Assembly (NCBI GenBank): GCA_964391975.1
Contig: CAYMNZ010000003.1
Location: 1-49,448, forward strand
Length of the DNA stretch: 49,448 nt
DNA from: an uncultured Candidatus Saccharibacteria bacterium
GTDB lineage: Bacteria; Patescibacteriota; Minisyncoccia; Phycocordibacterales; Phycocordibacteraceae
Direction: 5' to 3'
The translations under genes and the position numbers were made by a program. Under the pieces are notes generated by a model. That model did not search any database and had not been told where the DNA came from. It saw only the letters and a program-made list of their open reading frames with translations. This document shows positions 17,354 to 27,330 of the stretch, piece by piece. Positions within the stretch are counted from its first letter, which is position 1. Each line of letters starts with the position of its first letter.

Positions 17354-18729
17354 TTATTGAGCTTGTTGGCTTGCCTGGGGGAGGAAAAACAACTCTTGCA
17401 GAAAGGCTTGCTGATCGTGGAGCACTGATAGTGAAGCCCCCCAAGGGCTTTCGTCTCCTCTTTGAATCGTTTCGGTTCACGCTACGCAAACCCGTACACT
17501 TCTTCCGTATTCTTACGGAAACGATGAGGATAGTACCGAAGCATCTTCGCTACTCACTCTTTGTAAATCTAGTACTTGTGCATGCGGCCAAACAAGAGAT
17601 TGCATTTCGATGGACGCAAAAGGGAAGGACAGCGGTCATCGACCAGGGGTTCTTTCAGAACTCCCTTGCCGCTTTTAGAGAAGCTCCTACAGATGCTGCA
17701 CTTGAAGCGTATTTGCGCATACTGCCCACACCCGACGTGTTGCTGAATGTGTGTGTCTCTCAGGAAGAGCGAGAACGTCAACTTACGGTGCGTGGTAGAC
17801 GACCTCGGCAAGAGTATGGAAAAGAGGAAATGGAGCGTTTTGAGAAGGTTGCAATCGAGACGGCACCACGCCTTGAGTCTGTCCTGACTCGTATGGGAGT
17901 GCCGCATCACAGTGGTTCAGTTGCTGAGCTTTCTGGCATCGCTCTCCCAGAAGGAGGACTCTTTCGTGCTCAGCCTGTTCGCCAAGTCCTAAAGAAGATT
18001 TCATACGGCATTCTTTGGATGCTGCGTGCTTTTGTATCAGGCCGTCGTGAGTCGGTTGTGCTCATGTACCACGCCGTTGAGTACTCTTCGTGGCGACTTG
18101 CGGTCACTCCTCGAAACTTTGAGAAGCAGATGTTCTATTTACGACAGCGGAATCTGGCGGCACCATTGCGTGACCTGGTTGAAGGGGTCGCGCCACCGCA
18201 CGCCGTAGCGGTAACGTTCGATGATGGGTACTGCGACCTTCTTACGGTGGTGCTGCCCCTCATCACGAAGTACCAGATTCCCATAACAGTATTTGTCGCG
18301 AGTGATTTGTCTGCAAAGACCGATCGTCAAGGACGTGCGCGCCTCAGCGCAGAGGAATTAAAGTTTCTCTCCACTTCTCCGCTCGTTTCTATTGAGTCGC
18401 ATGCAAAGACACACACCAAGTTCACTGAATTATCCGCCGCAGATGCGGCACGAGAAGCTGCCGAATCTGCTGACGAACTTGAACGAATGGTCGGTAAGAG
18501 GCCGGAGTTCTTCGCCTACCCATTCGGCGCTCGCAATATGGAGACCGATCGGATTGTAGAGGATGCGGGGTATAGCGCGGCATTTGGGATTACCGACGGG
18601 CTAGTGAGCCCAAGCTCTCCACGCTTTGCACTTCCACGAGTGCAGGTGGACGCAACTACCACTCCGTTCTTGTTCAGAGCTCGTATCACCCGTGCAGTTG
18701 CTTGGCATCGTCGCCTTTTCCGTCCATGA
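17350..18729 (+). CDS. Fusion: P-loop NTPase/kinase-like domain + NodB-type polysaccharide deacetylase
   Basis: N-terminus IIELVGLPGGGKTTLAERL (Walker A). The C-terminal half carries NodB motifs VTFDDGY, IESHAKTH and FAYPFGA. Confidence 0.75.
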   Translation: MIIELVGLPGGGKTTLAERLADRGALIVKPPKGFRLLFESFRFTLRKPVHFFRILTETMRIVPKHLRYSLFVNLVLVHAAKQEIAFRWTQKGRTAVIDQGFFQNSLAAFREAPTDAALEAYLRILPTPDVLLNVCVSQEERERQLTVRGRRPRQEYGKEEMERFEKVAIETAPRLESVLTRMGVPHHSGSVAELSGIALPEGGLFRAQPVRQVLKKISYGILWMLRAFVSGRRESVVLMYHAVEYSSWRLAVTPRNFEKQMFYLRQRNLAAPLRDLVEGVAPPHAVAVTFDDGYCDLLTVVLPLITKYQIPITVFVASDLSAKTDRQGRARLSAEELKFLSTSPLVSIESHAKTHTKFTELSAADAAREAAESADELERMVGKRPEFFAYPFGARNMETDRIVEDAGYSAAFGITDGLVSPSSPRFALPRVQVDATTTPFLFRARITRAVAWHRRLFRP

Positions 18730-19550
18730 GCAATTCCACCCGTATACCCTGCACGATAGGTCTTCTCACTTTCAATAGTGAGGAACACCTTGCTCGCGCA
18801 CTCGAGAGCGTAAGGGATTTCGCCGAAATCATCATTGCCGATGGTGGTTCAACGGACGGCACGCGCGCAATTGCAGAGCGATACCGAGCGAAGATACAGA
18901 ATCAATCGCACCCAGGCCGGCCCATTTCCGATTTTGCCCTCGAACGTAATCAACTTCTCGCTAGTGCGACGTCTCCGTGGTTTTTCTACCTTGATTCAGA
19001 CGAGATTATGAGCAAGGAATTGCGTGACGCAATCGCTGCAATCGCAACGGAGGAGGCACCGTACGACGGGTATCGTGTTCGGTACCTCAAGACTACACCT
19101 GACGGCTCCCGACAGTACCGCACATTTAAAGAGTATTACCAACTCCGTCTGTTTAAAACGACGATAGGGGCTACATTTGTGAGAGCGGTACACGAGCGAC
19201 CAGAATTGCCCGCATCGGCACGGATTGGAGTACTTGAGGCACCCTGGTACGTGCCGCTTGAGCTGGATGAACTTTCATTGCGACACATGTTTCCGAAAGT
19301 ATGGAAGCGGACTGGTATGGAAATGCGAGCGTGGAATCCGAGGGGATTCGGAGACGTTTTGAACCGAGTCATCGTGATACCTCTTACACGCATTGGGAAG
19401 TCACTGGTCAAAATGGTGGTTGTTAAGCTGCGGTGGGGGAGTCAGGCGATTCCAGCACGCTATGAGCTCATTAGGGTATGCTACTCGTTTATGCTGCTAG
19501 TGCATGGTCTGCGACGTATGGGGGCATGGGTTTTGGGTCGAGTATACTGA
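18726..19550 (+). CDS. Glycosyltransferase, family 2
   Basis: Start ATG 18726 (ATGA overlap). Motifs IGLLTFNSEEHL, IIADGGSTDGT, and DxD-like YLDSDE. Confidence 0.75.
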   Translation: MSNSTRIPCTIGLLTFNSEEHLARALESVRDFAEIIIADGGSTDGTRAIAERYRAKIQNQSHPGRPISDFALERNQLLASATSPWFFYLDSDEIMSKELRDAIAAIATEEAPYDGYRVRYLKTTPDGSRQYRTFKEYYQLRLFKTTIGATFVRAVHERPELPASARIGVLEAPWYVPLELDELSLRHMFPKVWKRTGMEMRAWNPRGFGDVLNRVIVIPLTRIGKSLVKMVVVKLRWGSQAIPARYELIRVCYSFMLLVHGLRRMGAWVLGRVY

Positions 19551-19562
19551 CGACACATCACT

Positions 19563-20315
19563 ATGGATAAAGAACTCACGGTAACGTACGGCGATATCAC
19601 GGTTTTCTATCGTGGCGCCCTTGATGGCGGCGGCACAACGTTCGGACAAGAGTATATTCCGGTCGTAAAGCGTCGGTTCGGACATGTCGATCATGTCTTC
19701 GAGTTCTGCGCAGGTCCCGGATTTATCGGGTTCGCACTCCTTGCTGCTGGCTTGTGTGACCGGTTAACACTTGCGGATATTAATCCTGAAGCAGTTGCGC
19801 TGTGTCGTAAGACCGTTGCGCACAACGGTCTTGAGGACCGTGTCTCCGTATACGAGTCCGACGTGCTAAAGGCCGTACCTCCAGAGGAGCGTTGGGACCT
19901 TGTAGTCGGTAACCCTCCTCACTTCGTCGCGAAGAGTGAGGAAGAGTACCAGGGGTACATACGCAGATTCGATCCCAACCTCAGAATTCATCAGGAATTC
20001 TATAGTCAGATTAATGCGCATCTAGCGCAAAATGGTTCTGTGTTGCTACAAGAAAACGCAGAAGGCATGAAGCCTGAGGTATTTCGAGAGATGGTGGAGG
20101 CGAACGGATTCGTTATCAAGGAGGTGTATAACGCATCCACAGAAGAGCGCACGGAGGCCAGGTCGCTATCGCTCAAGAACCCACGGCCTCGTCCGAACTA
20201 CCGCAAACTCGCTGACCCGTTTGCGGTGTTCAAGTACGTACGCGGCTGGATTACCCGCGCATTGCGTACGCAGAACCCATTTTATTTCATACACGTGGTT
20301 CGACGGGGTGAATAG
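19563..20315 (+). CDS. SAM-dependent methyltransferase with NPPH motif (HemK/PrmC-like amino-group methyltransferase fold)
   Basis: Motif I FEFCAGPGFIGF, acidic LADIN, and VVGNPPHF (an NPPY/F/H-type motif). Confidence 0.7.
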   Translation: MDKELTVTYGDITVFYRGALDGGGTTFGQEYIPVVKRRFGHVDHVFEFCAGPGFIGFALLAAGLCDRLTLADINPEAVALCRKTVAHNGLEDRVSVYESDVLKAVPPEERWDLVVGNPPHFVAKSEEEYQGYIRRFDPNLRIHQEFYSQINAHLAQNGSVLLQENAEGMKPEVFREMVEANGFVIKEVYNASTEERTEARSLSLKNPRPRPNYRKLADPFAVFKYVRGWITRALRTQNPFYFIHVVRRGE

Positions 20316-20349
20316 ACGCTACCACCGACGCATCGTATAGTTGCATCAC

Positions 20350-22005
20350 ATGAAGATACTCGGCATAAACCAGGCAGGGCAGGTTCTGAACTGGCAGCAT
20401 GACGCAGCCGCAGCGTTGGTTGTGGACGGCAAGATTATTGCTTCCGCTGAAGAGGAGCGCTTCAATCGCATACGTCATGCGCGCGGATACCCAGAAAAGG
20501 CGGTTGAGTATTGTCTCAAGGAGGGTGGTATTACTCTCAGCGATGTAGATATCATCGCGATTGGGTACAACCCCTACGCCTTTCTTAAGTATTTCCGGAT
20601 TCCACTGAATCCTCGAGTTTTGGCAATCACAATAGGCAACATCTTTGCGTATGAACTTAAGCTTCGGCCGCTTGCGAAAAAAGCAGGTGCACGCATCGTT
20701 TACATCGACCATCATGAAGCGCATGCGGCAAGTGCCTATCACTGCTCAGGCTATGACGACGCTAACGTAATTACCGTTGACGGTTCCGGGGAGACGGAGA
20801 CATTTGCATTCTTTGCTGCCAAGGGAGGTAAGATGCGTCGCGCATGGGACATCCCACTGAACTTCGGCGTTTCTGGAAAACTGTGGCGCTCTTTCGGCTA
20901 CATCTACACAGGAGTGACTATGCTGCTTGGACTTGGAGCTCACGCGGAAGGGAAGACGATGGGACTCGCAAGTTACGGTACACCCCGCTTCGACTTCTCG
21001 CGCATCATGCAAGTGAAGACGCATACAGACTATACGCTTAATCGCCGCGCGCTCTGGGACCAGTATCGTTCCTATGCGCGCAAGAATGGCGAGGAAATTT
21101 CGCAAGACCATAAAGATATTGCCGCAAGTCTGCAGCTAGCGCTTGAGGTATCTCTTACTGAATTGGCACGCGAGGCCTATAAGCATACCGGCTCGAAAAA
21201 CTTCGCACTCGCCGGCGGCGTGGCACTTAACTGCAATACAAACCAGAGAATTTTGGATCAGGATTTCTGTGAGAGTCTCTTCGTTCAGCCAGCGGCTAAT
21301 GACGGCGGTACAGCACTTGGAGCTGCGCTCGCTGCTGCGGAACGTCTTGGGGAACCCATTCCTCGACAGCGCCTTGAGGATGCGTATCTTGGCCCTAGCT
21401 TTACTGACGAGGAGGTTGAGACCGTACTTAAGGAGTCGAAACTTTCGTACACCCGGCCAAGTTCTATTGAAGTAGCGGTGGCTGATTTGCTTGCGGAGGG
21501 CCAGATTGTTGGATGGTTCCAGGGGCGAATGGAGCTTGGTCCTCGTGCGCTCGGCAACCGCACCATATTAGCCAATCCGACCATCCCCGGCATGAACGAC
21601 AAGGTGAACGTCGACGTTAAACATCGGGAACTCTGGCGCCCGTTCGCGCCAGCGGTTGCTGCAGAGGATGCGGCGACCTATTTTGACGGTCTCGATAAGG
21701 AACCAGAAAGTCCGTTCATGCTTCGTGTTTCATACGTGCACGAGGAGTACCGAGCGAAGTTGCCAGCAATTACCCACATTGATGGTTCCGCGCGCATCCA
21801 GACCGTCAAACCTTCACAGAACCCGCGACTTCACGCGCTCCTCAAGGAAGGGAAGAAGCGTTGGGGAGTATCAGTGGTCATGAATACCTCGTTTAACGAT
21901 GCGGGAGAACCGATTGTTTGTACGCCGCGCGATGCGGTGCGTTGTTACTCAAGTACAGGCTTCGACGCCCTCGCAATCGGACCGTTCCTGCTTCAGAAGC
22001 GTTGA
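20350..22005 (+). CDS. Carbamoyltransferase (NodU/CmcH family)
   Basis: MKILGIN…HDAAAALVVDGKIIASAEEERFNRIRHA, ALAGGVALNC, and C-terminal VVMNTSFN. The track start 20341 is TTG; ATG 20350 is preferred. Confidence 0.85.
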   Translation: MKILGINQAGQVLNWQHDAAAALVVDGKIIASAEEERFNRIRHARGYPEKAVEYCLKEGGITLSDVDIIAIGYNPYAFLKYFRIPLNPRVLAITIGNIFAYELKLRPLAKKAGARIVYIDHHEAHAASAYHCSGYDDANVITVDGSGETETFAFFAAKGGKMRRAWDIPLNFGVSGKLWRSFGYIYTGVTMLLGLGAHAEGKTMGLASYGTPRFDFSRIMQVKTHTDYTLNRRALWDQYRSYARKNGEEISQDHKDIAASLQLALEVSLTELAREAYKHTGSKNFALAGGVALNCNTNQRILDQDFCESLFVQPAANDGGTALGAALAAAERLGEPIPRQRLEDAYLGPSFTDEEVETVLKESKLSYTRPSSIEVAVADLLAEGQIVGWFQGRMELGPRALGNRTILANPTIPGMNDKVNVDVKHRELWRPFAPAVAAEDAATYFDGLDKEPESPFMLRVSYVHEEYRAKLPAITHIDGSARIQTVKPSQNPRLHALLKEGKKRWGVSVVMNTSFNDAGEPIVCTPRDAVRCYSSTGFDALAIGPFLLQKR

Positions 22006-22012
22006 CGCCCCT

Positions 22013-23806
22013 ATGTGTGGCATCAATGGATTCTGCTTCGAAGACCCGGGACTGATCGGGAAAATGAACACAGCGACTGCGCACCGCGGTCCGGACGGTA
22101 CGGGGACATGGTCGGTGCCGGGTGCGACGTTCGGCCATAATCGCCTTGCTATTATTGACCTCTCTGAGGGTGGCAAGCAGCCCATGCACACCGGCCCGCT
22201 TACCATCACGTACAACGGGGAACTCTACAACTACCAGGAACTCAAGCGTGAGCTCAGCGATTACAAGTTTGTTAGTGAATCAGATACTGAAGTCATTCTG
22301 GTGGCGTATATGAAGTGGGGTGTCGATGCCTTCAAGCGCTTCAATGGAATTTTTGCGATTGCTCTATGGGACGCGCGTACCGAGACTCTTATCCTTGCGC
22401 GCGATCGCGCTGGCGTAAAACCGCTCTACTACGCGAAGAGTAGGGGGAAATATGTCTTCTCGTCAGAGATTAAGGCGATTCTTGCGCATGATGTGCCGCG
22501 CACACTCGATCACGACGCGCTCGCGCTCTATCTACGACTCGCATATGTGCCAGGACCGCGTACGCTTTTTGAAGCGGTGAAGAAGTTCCCACCAGGAAAC
22601 TACGGCATCGTAAAGGGAGAGACGGTTGAATTTCATTCGTTTGTAGAACCTTCCGACGTTTTGGTTCCTGGTACGTACGCCGCACGTACACAACAGCTTG
22701 CTGACACTATAGATGCTGCAGCGGCACGACAACTCGTGTCAGACCGTCCGGTCGGTGTGTACCTTTCCGGCGGCATTGATTCAAGTGTAATTCTTGACGC
22801 TGTTTCTCGTGCGCACGCAGGTATCGATACCTTCTCTGTTGGATTTTCGTACGCCTCTCCTGACGAGGATGCGAAGTACAACGCTGACTTTCACCTCGCG
22901 GAGGCGACTGCGCGTCACTACGGTACACGCCACCATGCGCTTCGAGTCACGAATGAGGACATGGCCGCCCTCCTCGATGAAGTCACCTGGCACATGGATG
23001 AGCCAACAGGGAGCGCAACCGCGCTTCCCATGATGGCGCTTTCGCGCTTTGCAAAGGACCATGTGACGGTAGTACTCGGAGGCGATGGGGGCGATGAGCT
23101 TTTCGGTGGGTACGAGCGATATCGTCTCGCACGCATGGTTGGTATCTACGAACGTATGCCGATAAAGCTTCCTATTGGGAAACTTCGCGACCTGCCCGAC
23201 GCGGGAAGTGCTCGTCTTGCACGCTTCCTTTTTCAGAAGGACGCAGTCATTAATCGGTACGTGCGTCCGGAAGGACTCCGCGCGTCGCCACAGGCGTACT
23301 TCGACCCCTTCTTCTCAGGTAATCCTCGTACGTTCACGGAGGAGTTCATGCGAGCTGACGAGCAATCCATTCTTGTCGACGGCGCTCTCGTTCGTGCAGA
23401 CAAGATGTCGATGGCAGGTGGTATCGAAGAGCGGGTGCCGTTACTTGATAATGAAGTGGTTGACTACGCTCATGCGCTGCCACTTTCAGATAAGGTAGGT
23501 CTCACGCGTTCGAAGCGCATCCTTAAGGATGCCTATCGTGACCGTATCCCTGCCACGCTGCTCAACCAACCTAAGCGAGGGTGGTTCGCTCCTGGCAGTG
23601 TCTGGCTCAAGGACCCGGCGTTTGAGGAGCGCATTCGTGAGGCTCTGCAAATGGATTTTGCTCCCGCAACCGCCGACCTCTTTGACTGGAAGGAAGTCGA
23701 ATCTATGCTTACTGCTCACAGGGAGGGAAGGGAGTATCATTACATACCGCTGTGGTCTCTTTTTATGCTTCAGCTTTGGGCGCGTAAGTTCAATATCACA
23801 CCATGA
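22013..23806 (+). CDS. Asparagine synthase (glutamine-hydrolysing)-family amidotransferase
   Basis: Start ATG 22013 gives MCGI (Cys2 Ntn nucleophile). HRGPDG, and PP-loop YLSGGIDSS. Length 597 aa. Confidence 0.88.
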   Translation: MCGINGFCFEDPGLIGKMNTATAHRGPDGTGTWSVPGATFGHNRLAIIDLSEGGKQPMHTGPLTITYNGELYNYQELKRELSDYKFVSESDTEVILVAYMKWGVDAFKRFNGIFAIALWDARTETLILARDRAGVKPLYYAKSRGKYVFSSEIKAILAHDVPRTLDHDALALYLRLAYVPGPRTLFEAVKKFPPGNYGIVKGETVEFHSFVEPSDVLVPGTYAARTQQLADTIDAAAARQLVSDRPVGVYLSGGIDSSVILDAVSRAHAGIDTFSVGFSYASPDEDAKYNADFHLAEATARHYGTRHHALRVTNEDMAALLDEVTWHMDEPTGSATALPMMALSRFAKDHVTVVLGGDGGDELFGGYERYRLARMVGIYERMPIKLPIGKLRDLPDAGSARLARFLFQKDAVINRYVRPEGLRASPQAYFDPFFSGNPRTFTEEFMRADEQSILVDGALVRADKMSMAGGIEERVPLLDNEVVDYAHALPLSDKVGLTRSKRILKDAYRDRIPATLLNQPKRGWFAPGSVWLKDPAFEERIREALQMDFAPATADLFDWKEVESMLTAHREGREYHYIPLWSLFMLQLWARKFNITP

Positions 23807-24405
23807 CCGAAGATGTTTTTTTCAAAACCCAGATAACGAAAATATTTACGGACAAGGTAACCGTAATTGATATCGGCGGCGGACTACGCATTGACCCAGA
23901 GAAGAACAATCGTTCTCGTGAAAATGAATGGCTTGTGCCTCTCAAAGAGAAGGTTTCCTATAAGGTTCTCGACAAGGTAGCTGACTACCATCCGGATATC
24001 GTTGGAGACATCCACAATCTTCCGTTCCCAGACAACAGTGTGGACGCCCTCGTTTGCATTTCAGTGCTCGAGCACGTGGAGGAGCCGCAGAAGGCGGTGC
24101 GCGAAATGCATCGTGTGTTGAAGCCCGGCGGGTACTGCTACATCTATGCGCCGTTTCTCTTCTACTACCATCCAGAGAAGGGTTACTACGGCGACTATTA
24201 CCGCTTCACGGTTGAGGGTATCAAATATATGACGCGTGATTTCTCGAGCGTTGAGGTGAGAAACGCTAAGGGTGCACTCGCCACAGTGATGAATCTTTTC
24301 CCGGCTCTTTCAAAAAAGGTCAGTTTCTTTTCTTGGCTCGACTCCCTGCTTGGTAAGGCGGATAGCAATCAGACCAGTGGGTATCACGCCTTCTGCGTGA
24401 AATAA
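23803..24405 (+). CDS. Class I SAM-dependent methyltransferase (Methyltransf_11-like)
   Basis: VIDIGGG, then LPFPDNSVDALVCISVLEHVEEPQKAVREMHRVLKPGGY. ATGA overlap with the upstream gene. Confidence 0.75.
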   Translation: MTEDVFFKTQITKIFTDKVTVIDIGGGLRIDPEKNNRSRENEWLVPLKEKVSYKVLDKVADYHPDIVGDIHNLPFPDNSVDALVCISVLEHVEEPQKAVREMHRVLKPGGYCYIYAPFLFYYHPEKGYYGDYYRFTVEGIKYMTRDFSSVEVRNAKGALATVMNLFPALSKKVSFFSWLDSLLGKADSNQTSGYHAFCVK

Positions 24406-24409
24406 GCGT

Positions 24410-25510
24410 ATGAAACTCTACTACGTCGTCAATGCGCGAATGCCAAGCGAAAAGGCACACGCTATACAAATTGCCAAAATGTGTGAGGCGTTTATAGAGG
24501 CGGGCGTTGATCTCACTCTTGTTGTGCCGAACCGCAAGCACGTGAAAAAGACACCGAGAGAGTTCTACAGTCTTCGAGTTGATATCCCAGTTGTCTACGT
24601 ACCGACCCTTGATTTAGTTTCTTTCGGAGGCTATGTATTCCAAGCTGCCAGCTTCGCACTCTCGAGTCTCCTCTATCTGACCGGAAAGAAAGGGGTCATC
24701 TATACCGTCGATATGGATACCTTCTCCTCGTCGCTTCTCCCTCTCACAGGTCTTCAGGTCTACACGGAGATGCATAACGGAAAGCCCTCACACCTTTTCC
24801 AGAGGATGCTCTTTAAGCGCGTGAAGGGAGTAATCGCAGTCAATCGCCTCCTTAAGGAGGATTTACAAGCTAGTTTTCCGGAAACCAAGGCGACCTATCT
24901 GGTTGAGCCAAATGGCGTTGATACAGCGCTCTTTTCCCGGAAAGATAAGGGGGAAGCAAGGGCGCGCCTTGGTCTCTCCACGGATGCAAAAATTGCGCTC
25001 TACGTAGGACGGTTCTTTAACTGGAAGGGGCTCGAGCTTATTCCCGAAGCAGCAAGGCTTCTTCCCGAGGTTACGTGGCATCTGGTTGGGGGAAGTGAGG
25101 AAGCCTTCAGGCGTGTGACAGGGAAGTCGCCTGAGAAAAACATGCACTTTACGCCTGATGTCCCTCAGACAGAAGTGCCGTGGTGGTGTGCGGCAGCCGA
25201 CGCGCTCTTAGTACTAGGCACTGACAAGGATAAGCAATCATGGCGCTACACTTCTCCCATGAAGCTTTTTGAGTACCTGTATATGGAGCGGCCCGTTGTT
25301 GCTACCGCCACGCCCGCCATTCAAGAGATTGTGTCGGCGACAGACTCGCTTTTGGTTGCCCCCGGGGACCCCAATGACCTCGCCGAGAAGGTTGCCACTG
25401 CAATCAAGGGAGGGGAAGGAGTTACGCGCATGGTTGGCGCTGCTCGTGTACGTATTGATGGGCACACCTGGAAGGCGCGCGCCAAGCGCATCCTTGCATT
25501 CATGTCATGA
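24410..25510 (+). CDS. Glycosyltransferase, family 4 (GT-B)
   Basis: N-terminus MKLYYVVNARMPSEKAHAIQIAKMCEAF. The C-terminal half has KLFEYLYMERPVVAT (a degenerate E-x7-E region). Confidence 0.75.
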   Translation: MKLYYVVNARMPSEKAHAIQIAKMCEAFIEAGVDLTLVVPNRKHVKKTPREFYSLRVDIPVVYVPTLDLVSFGGYVFQAASFALSSLLYLTGKKGVIYTVDMDTFSSSLLPLTGLQVYTEMHNGKPSHLFQRMLFKRVKGVIAVNRLLKEDLQASFPETKATYLVEPNGVDTALFSRKDKGEARARLGLSTDAKIALYVGRFFNWKGLELIPEAARLLPEVTWHLVGGSEEAFRRVTGKSPEKNMHFTPDVPQTEVPWWCAAADALLVLGTDKDKQSWRYTSPMKLFEYLYMERPVVATATPAIQEIVSATDSLLVAPGDPNDLAEKVATAIKGGEGVTRMVGAARVRIDGHTWKARAKRILAFMS

Positions 25511-27330
25511 AAACCGCTGTCCTCATCTACTATCTTGAACAGATTCCGACGCTTACAGCGTACCTAAAGAAATCCTCGGATGTCTTGGTGATCGCGCTTG
25601 GGGCTGATATTGAACGTGCACTTACGGAAGCGGGGATACCGTTTCGTTCCGGTGAGGACCTGCGTACCGTTCCTCCGGTTGAGCGTCTCGCGTATGCAGA
25701 GAAGGTCGCACAGAGCGTGTTCAATGATACGCGTCTCGCGTTCCTCTCACATCGGGACGTACCGTTTGGGAAGACTCATGCACTTGGGGTACAGGAATAT
25801 CTTGCCGTGTTCCTTTACTACGTAGACATGCTACAGACGCTGATCACACGAGAACGAGTTGAAAAACTTGTTGCTCTGCAGTCAAGCCGCAGGGCGTTCG
25901 TTGCGGACGTGCTTGCTGATTCAATGGAGGCAATTGTTGAGGACGCTGCGCGGCTTGTGGCCTCTACACATGCCATTGAGTTTGATGTGCTGGCAGTTCC
26001 TGGTTTCCGCAGGATTCAGCAACAGAAATCTCTTTTTGTTGTTAAGCGTATGCTATTTGGAGGCCTGCTTTTGATACTCAACGCTGTTGTTTCTGTACTC
26101 AGACGCCCCAAGCCCGTTCGGCTCCTCATAAGTGATGTGTGGCGCAACTGTGAACCATATCTCAAGGAACTCACGGAAGGAGAGGTGGTGTTGTGGGAAC
26201 GAACGGAAGCACAGAAGATAGGCTGGAAGAATATCCTGCATTACCGCATGCGCTTCATGCACGCAGACGCATTCTCTCTTCCGGTACATGCACAAACTGC
26301 TCGAAGAGTGAGTGAGGAAGTATGTACGCAGTGGAATCAGGTGAAATCTAAGATAGAGACCATAGAGACTGCGTCATTCGCAGGCGTCTCGCTTAAGGAG
26401 GTTATGCTACGCGTTGTCGATTTGAGTATCCGCGAGGGAACTAGGCGAGATGTAGAGGATATTGAAGACATCTACCGAATGCTTGAACGTCTGAAGCCGC
26501 AGGTGGTGCTCGTGCGTGCCAGCGAGTCTCTACAGACGCATTTCCCGTTCCTCTGCTATGTCGCTGAAGCGCTGGGTATTCCTGCCATTGAGGTTCAGCA
26601 TGGTCTCCTCTACGTGGGTCCCGGCTCCTTTGCTTCGCACCCAGCTGCCAAGCGTATGGCAACCTACGGTCCACTCGCAAGCAGGGAGTTTGCCAAGCTT
26701 GGAGTCGAGAATCTGTATCCGACCGGCTCACCACGATTCGACCAGTACGCCAAAGCTCCTTCCGCCGGGAAGGAAAGCGGCACACTGCAGATAGCGTACG
26801 CGGTATCTACGCTTACTCCCGGATGGTGGATTGATACCTACGACGTGAAGCGCGCACTCGAAGCACTTTCTGGGGCGACCAGTCGTATGGGTGCAAAGGT
26901 TCGTGTAGTAGTGCGTCCCGATTCTCCGTACGCGCCTTTCTTGAAAAACGTAGTAGCTACTCTTGCAGAGAAGAACCAAAACCTATCCCTCTCGAACGTC
27001 CCACTCCAGCGTCTGATTGATGAATCTGATCTCTTCCTTACAGGATTCTCGACCGTCCTTCTTGAAGCTCTGCTCGCAGGGAAGGTCGCCGTCTACGACG
27101 GAACGATGCCCATGTATGGCTCCATGCTCGACACTGAGACATTATTCCGTGAGGTTCCGGTACCATCCGTAACGAGTGCTGCAGACCTCGAGTCGCTCCT
27201 CTCAGTACTTGCAGATTCGACGGAACGTACGCGTGTGCGCGAAATGCTTGGCATAAGCCTTGCGAAGGAATATGTAAACGACGGAGGAGCGAGTCGTCGG
27301 TTTGCAGAGCTCGTACGTTCCTTCTCTTAA
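25507..27330 (+). CDS. Uncharacterised large transferase-like protein (possible TagF/CDP-glycerol glycerophosphotransferase-like or capsule-type GT-B fold)
   Basis: Clean 607-aa ORF, ATGA-coupled to the upstream GT. Weak resemblances only: AIEVQHGLLY…YPTGSPRFDQY and LFLTGFSTVLLEALLAGKVAVY. The CDS call is secure; the function is not. Confidence 0.55.
   Translation: MKTAVLIYYLEQIPTLTAYLKKSSDVLVIALGADIERALTEAGIPFRSGEDLRTVPPVERLAYAEKVAQSVFNDTRLAFLSHRDVPFGKTHALGVQEYLAVFLYYVDMLQTLITRERVEKLVALQSSRRAFVADVLADSMEAIVEDAARLVASTHAIEFDVLAVPGFRRIQQQKSLFVVKRMLFGGLLLILNAVVSVLRRPKPVRLLISDVWRNCEPYLKELTEGEVVLWERTEAQKIGWKNILHYRMRFMHADAFSLPVHAQTARRVSEEVCTQWNQVKSKIETIETASFAGVSLKEVMLRVVDLSIREGTRRDVEDIEDIYRMLERLKPQVVLVRASESLQTHFPFLCYVAEALGIPAIEVQHGLLYVGPGSFASHPAAKRMATYGPLASREFAKLGVENLYPTGSPRFDQYAKAPSAGKESGTLQIAYAVSTLTPGWWIDTYDVKRALEALSGATSRMGAKVRVVVRPDSPYAPFLKNVVATLAEKNQNLSLSNVPLQRLIDESDLFLTGFSTVLLEALLAGKVAVYDGTMPMYGSMLDTETLFREVPVPSVTSAADLESLLSVLADSTERTRVREMLGISLAKEYVNDGGASRRFAELVRSFS

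Noticed and set aside
20287-20742. Minus-strand ORF of 151 aa overlapping the carbamoyltransferase start.
   Set aside because: It is antisense to the highly conserved N-terminus of a NodU/CmcH carbamoyltransferase, and I recognise nothing in its sequence.
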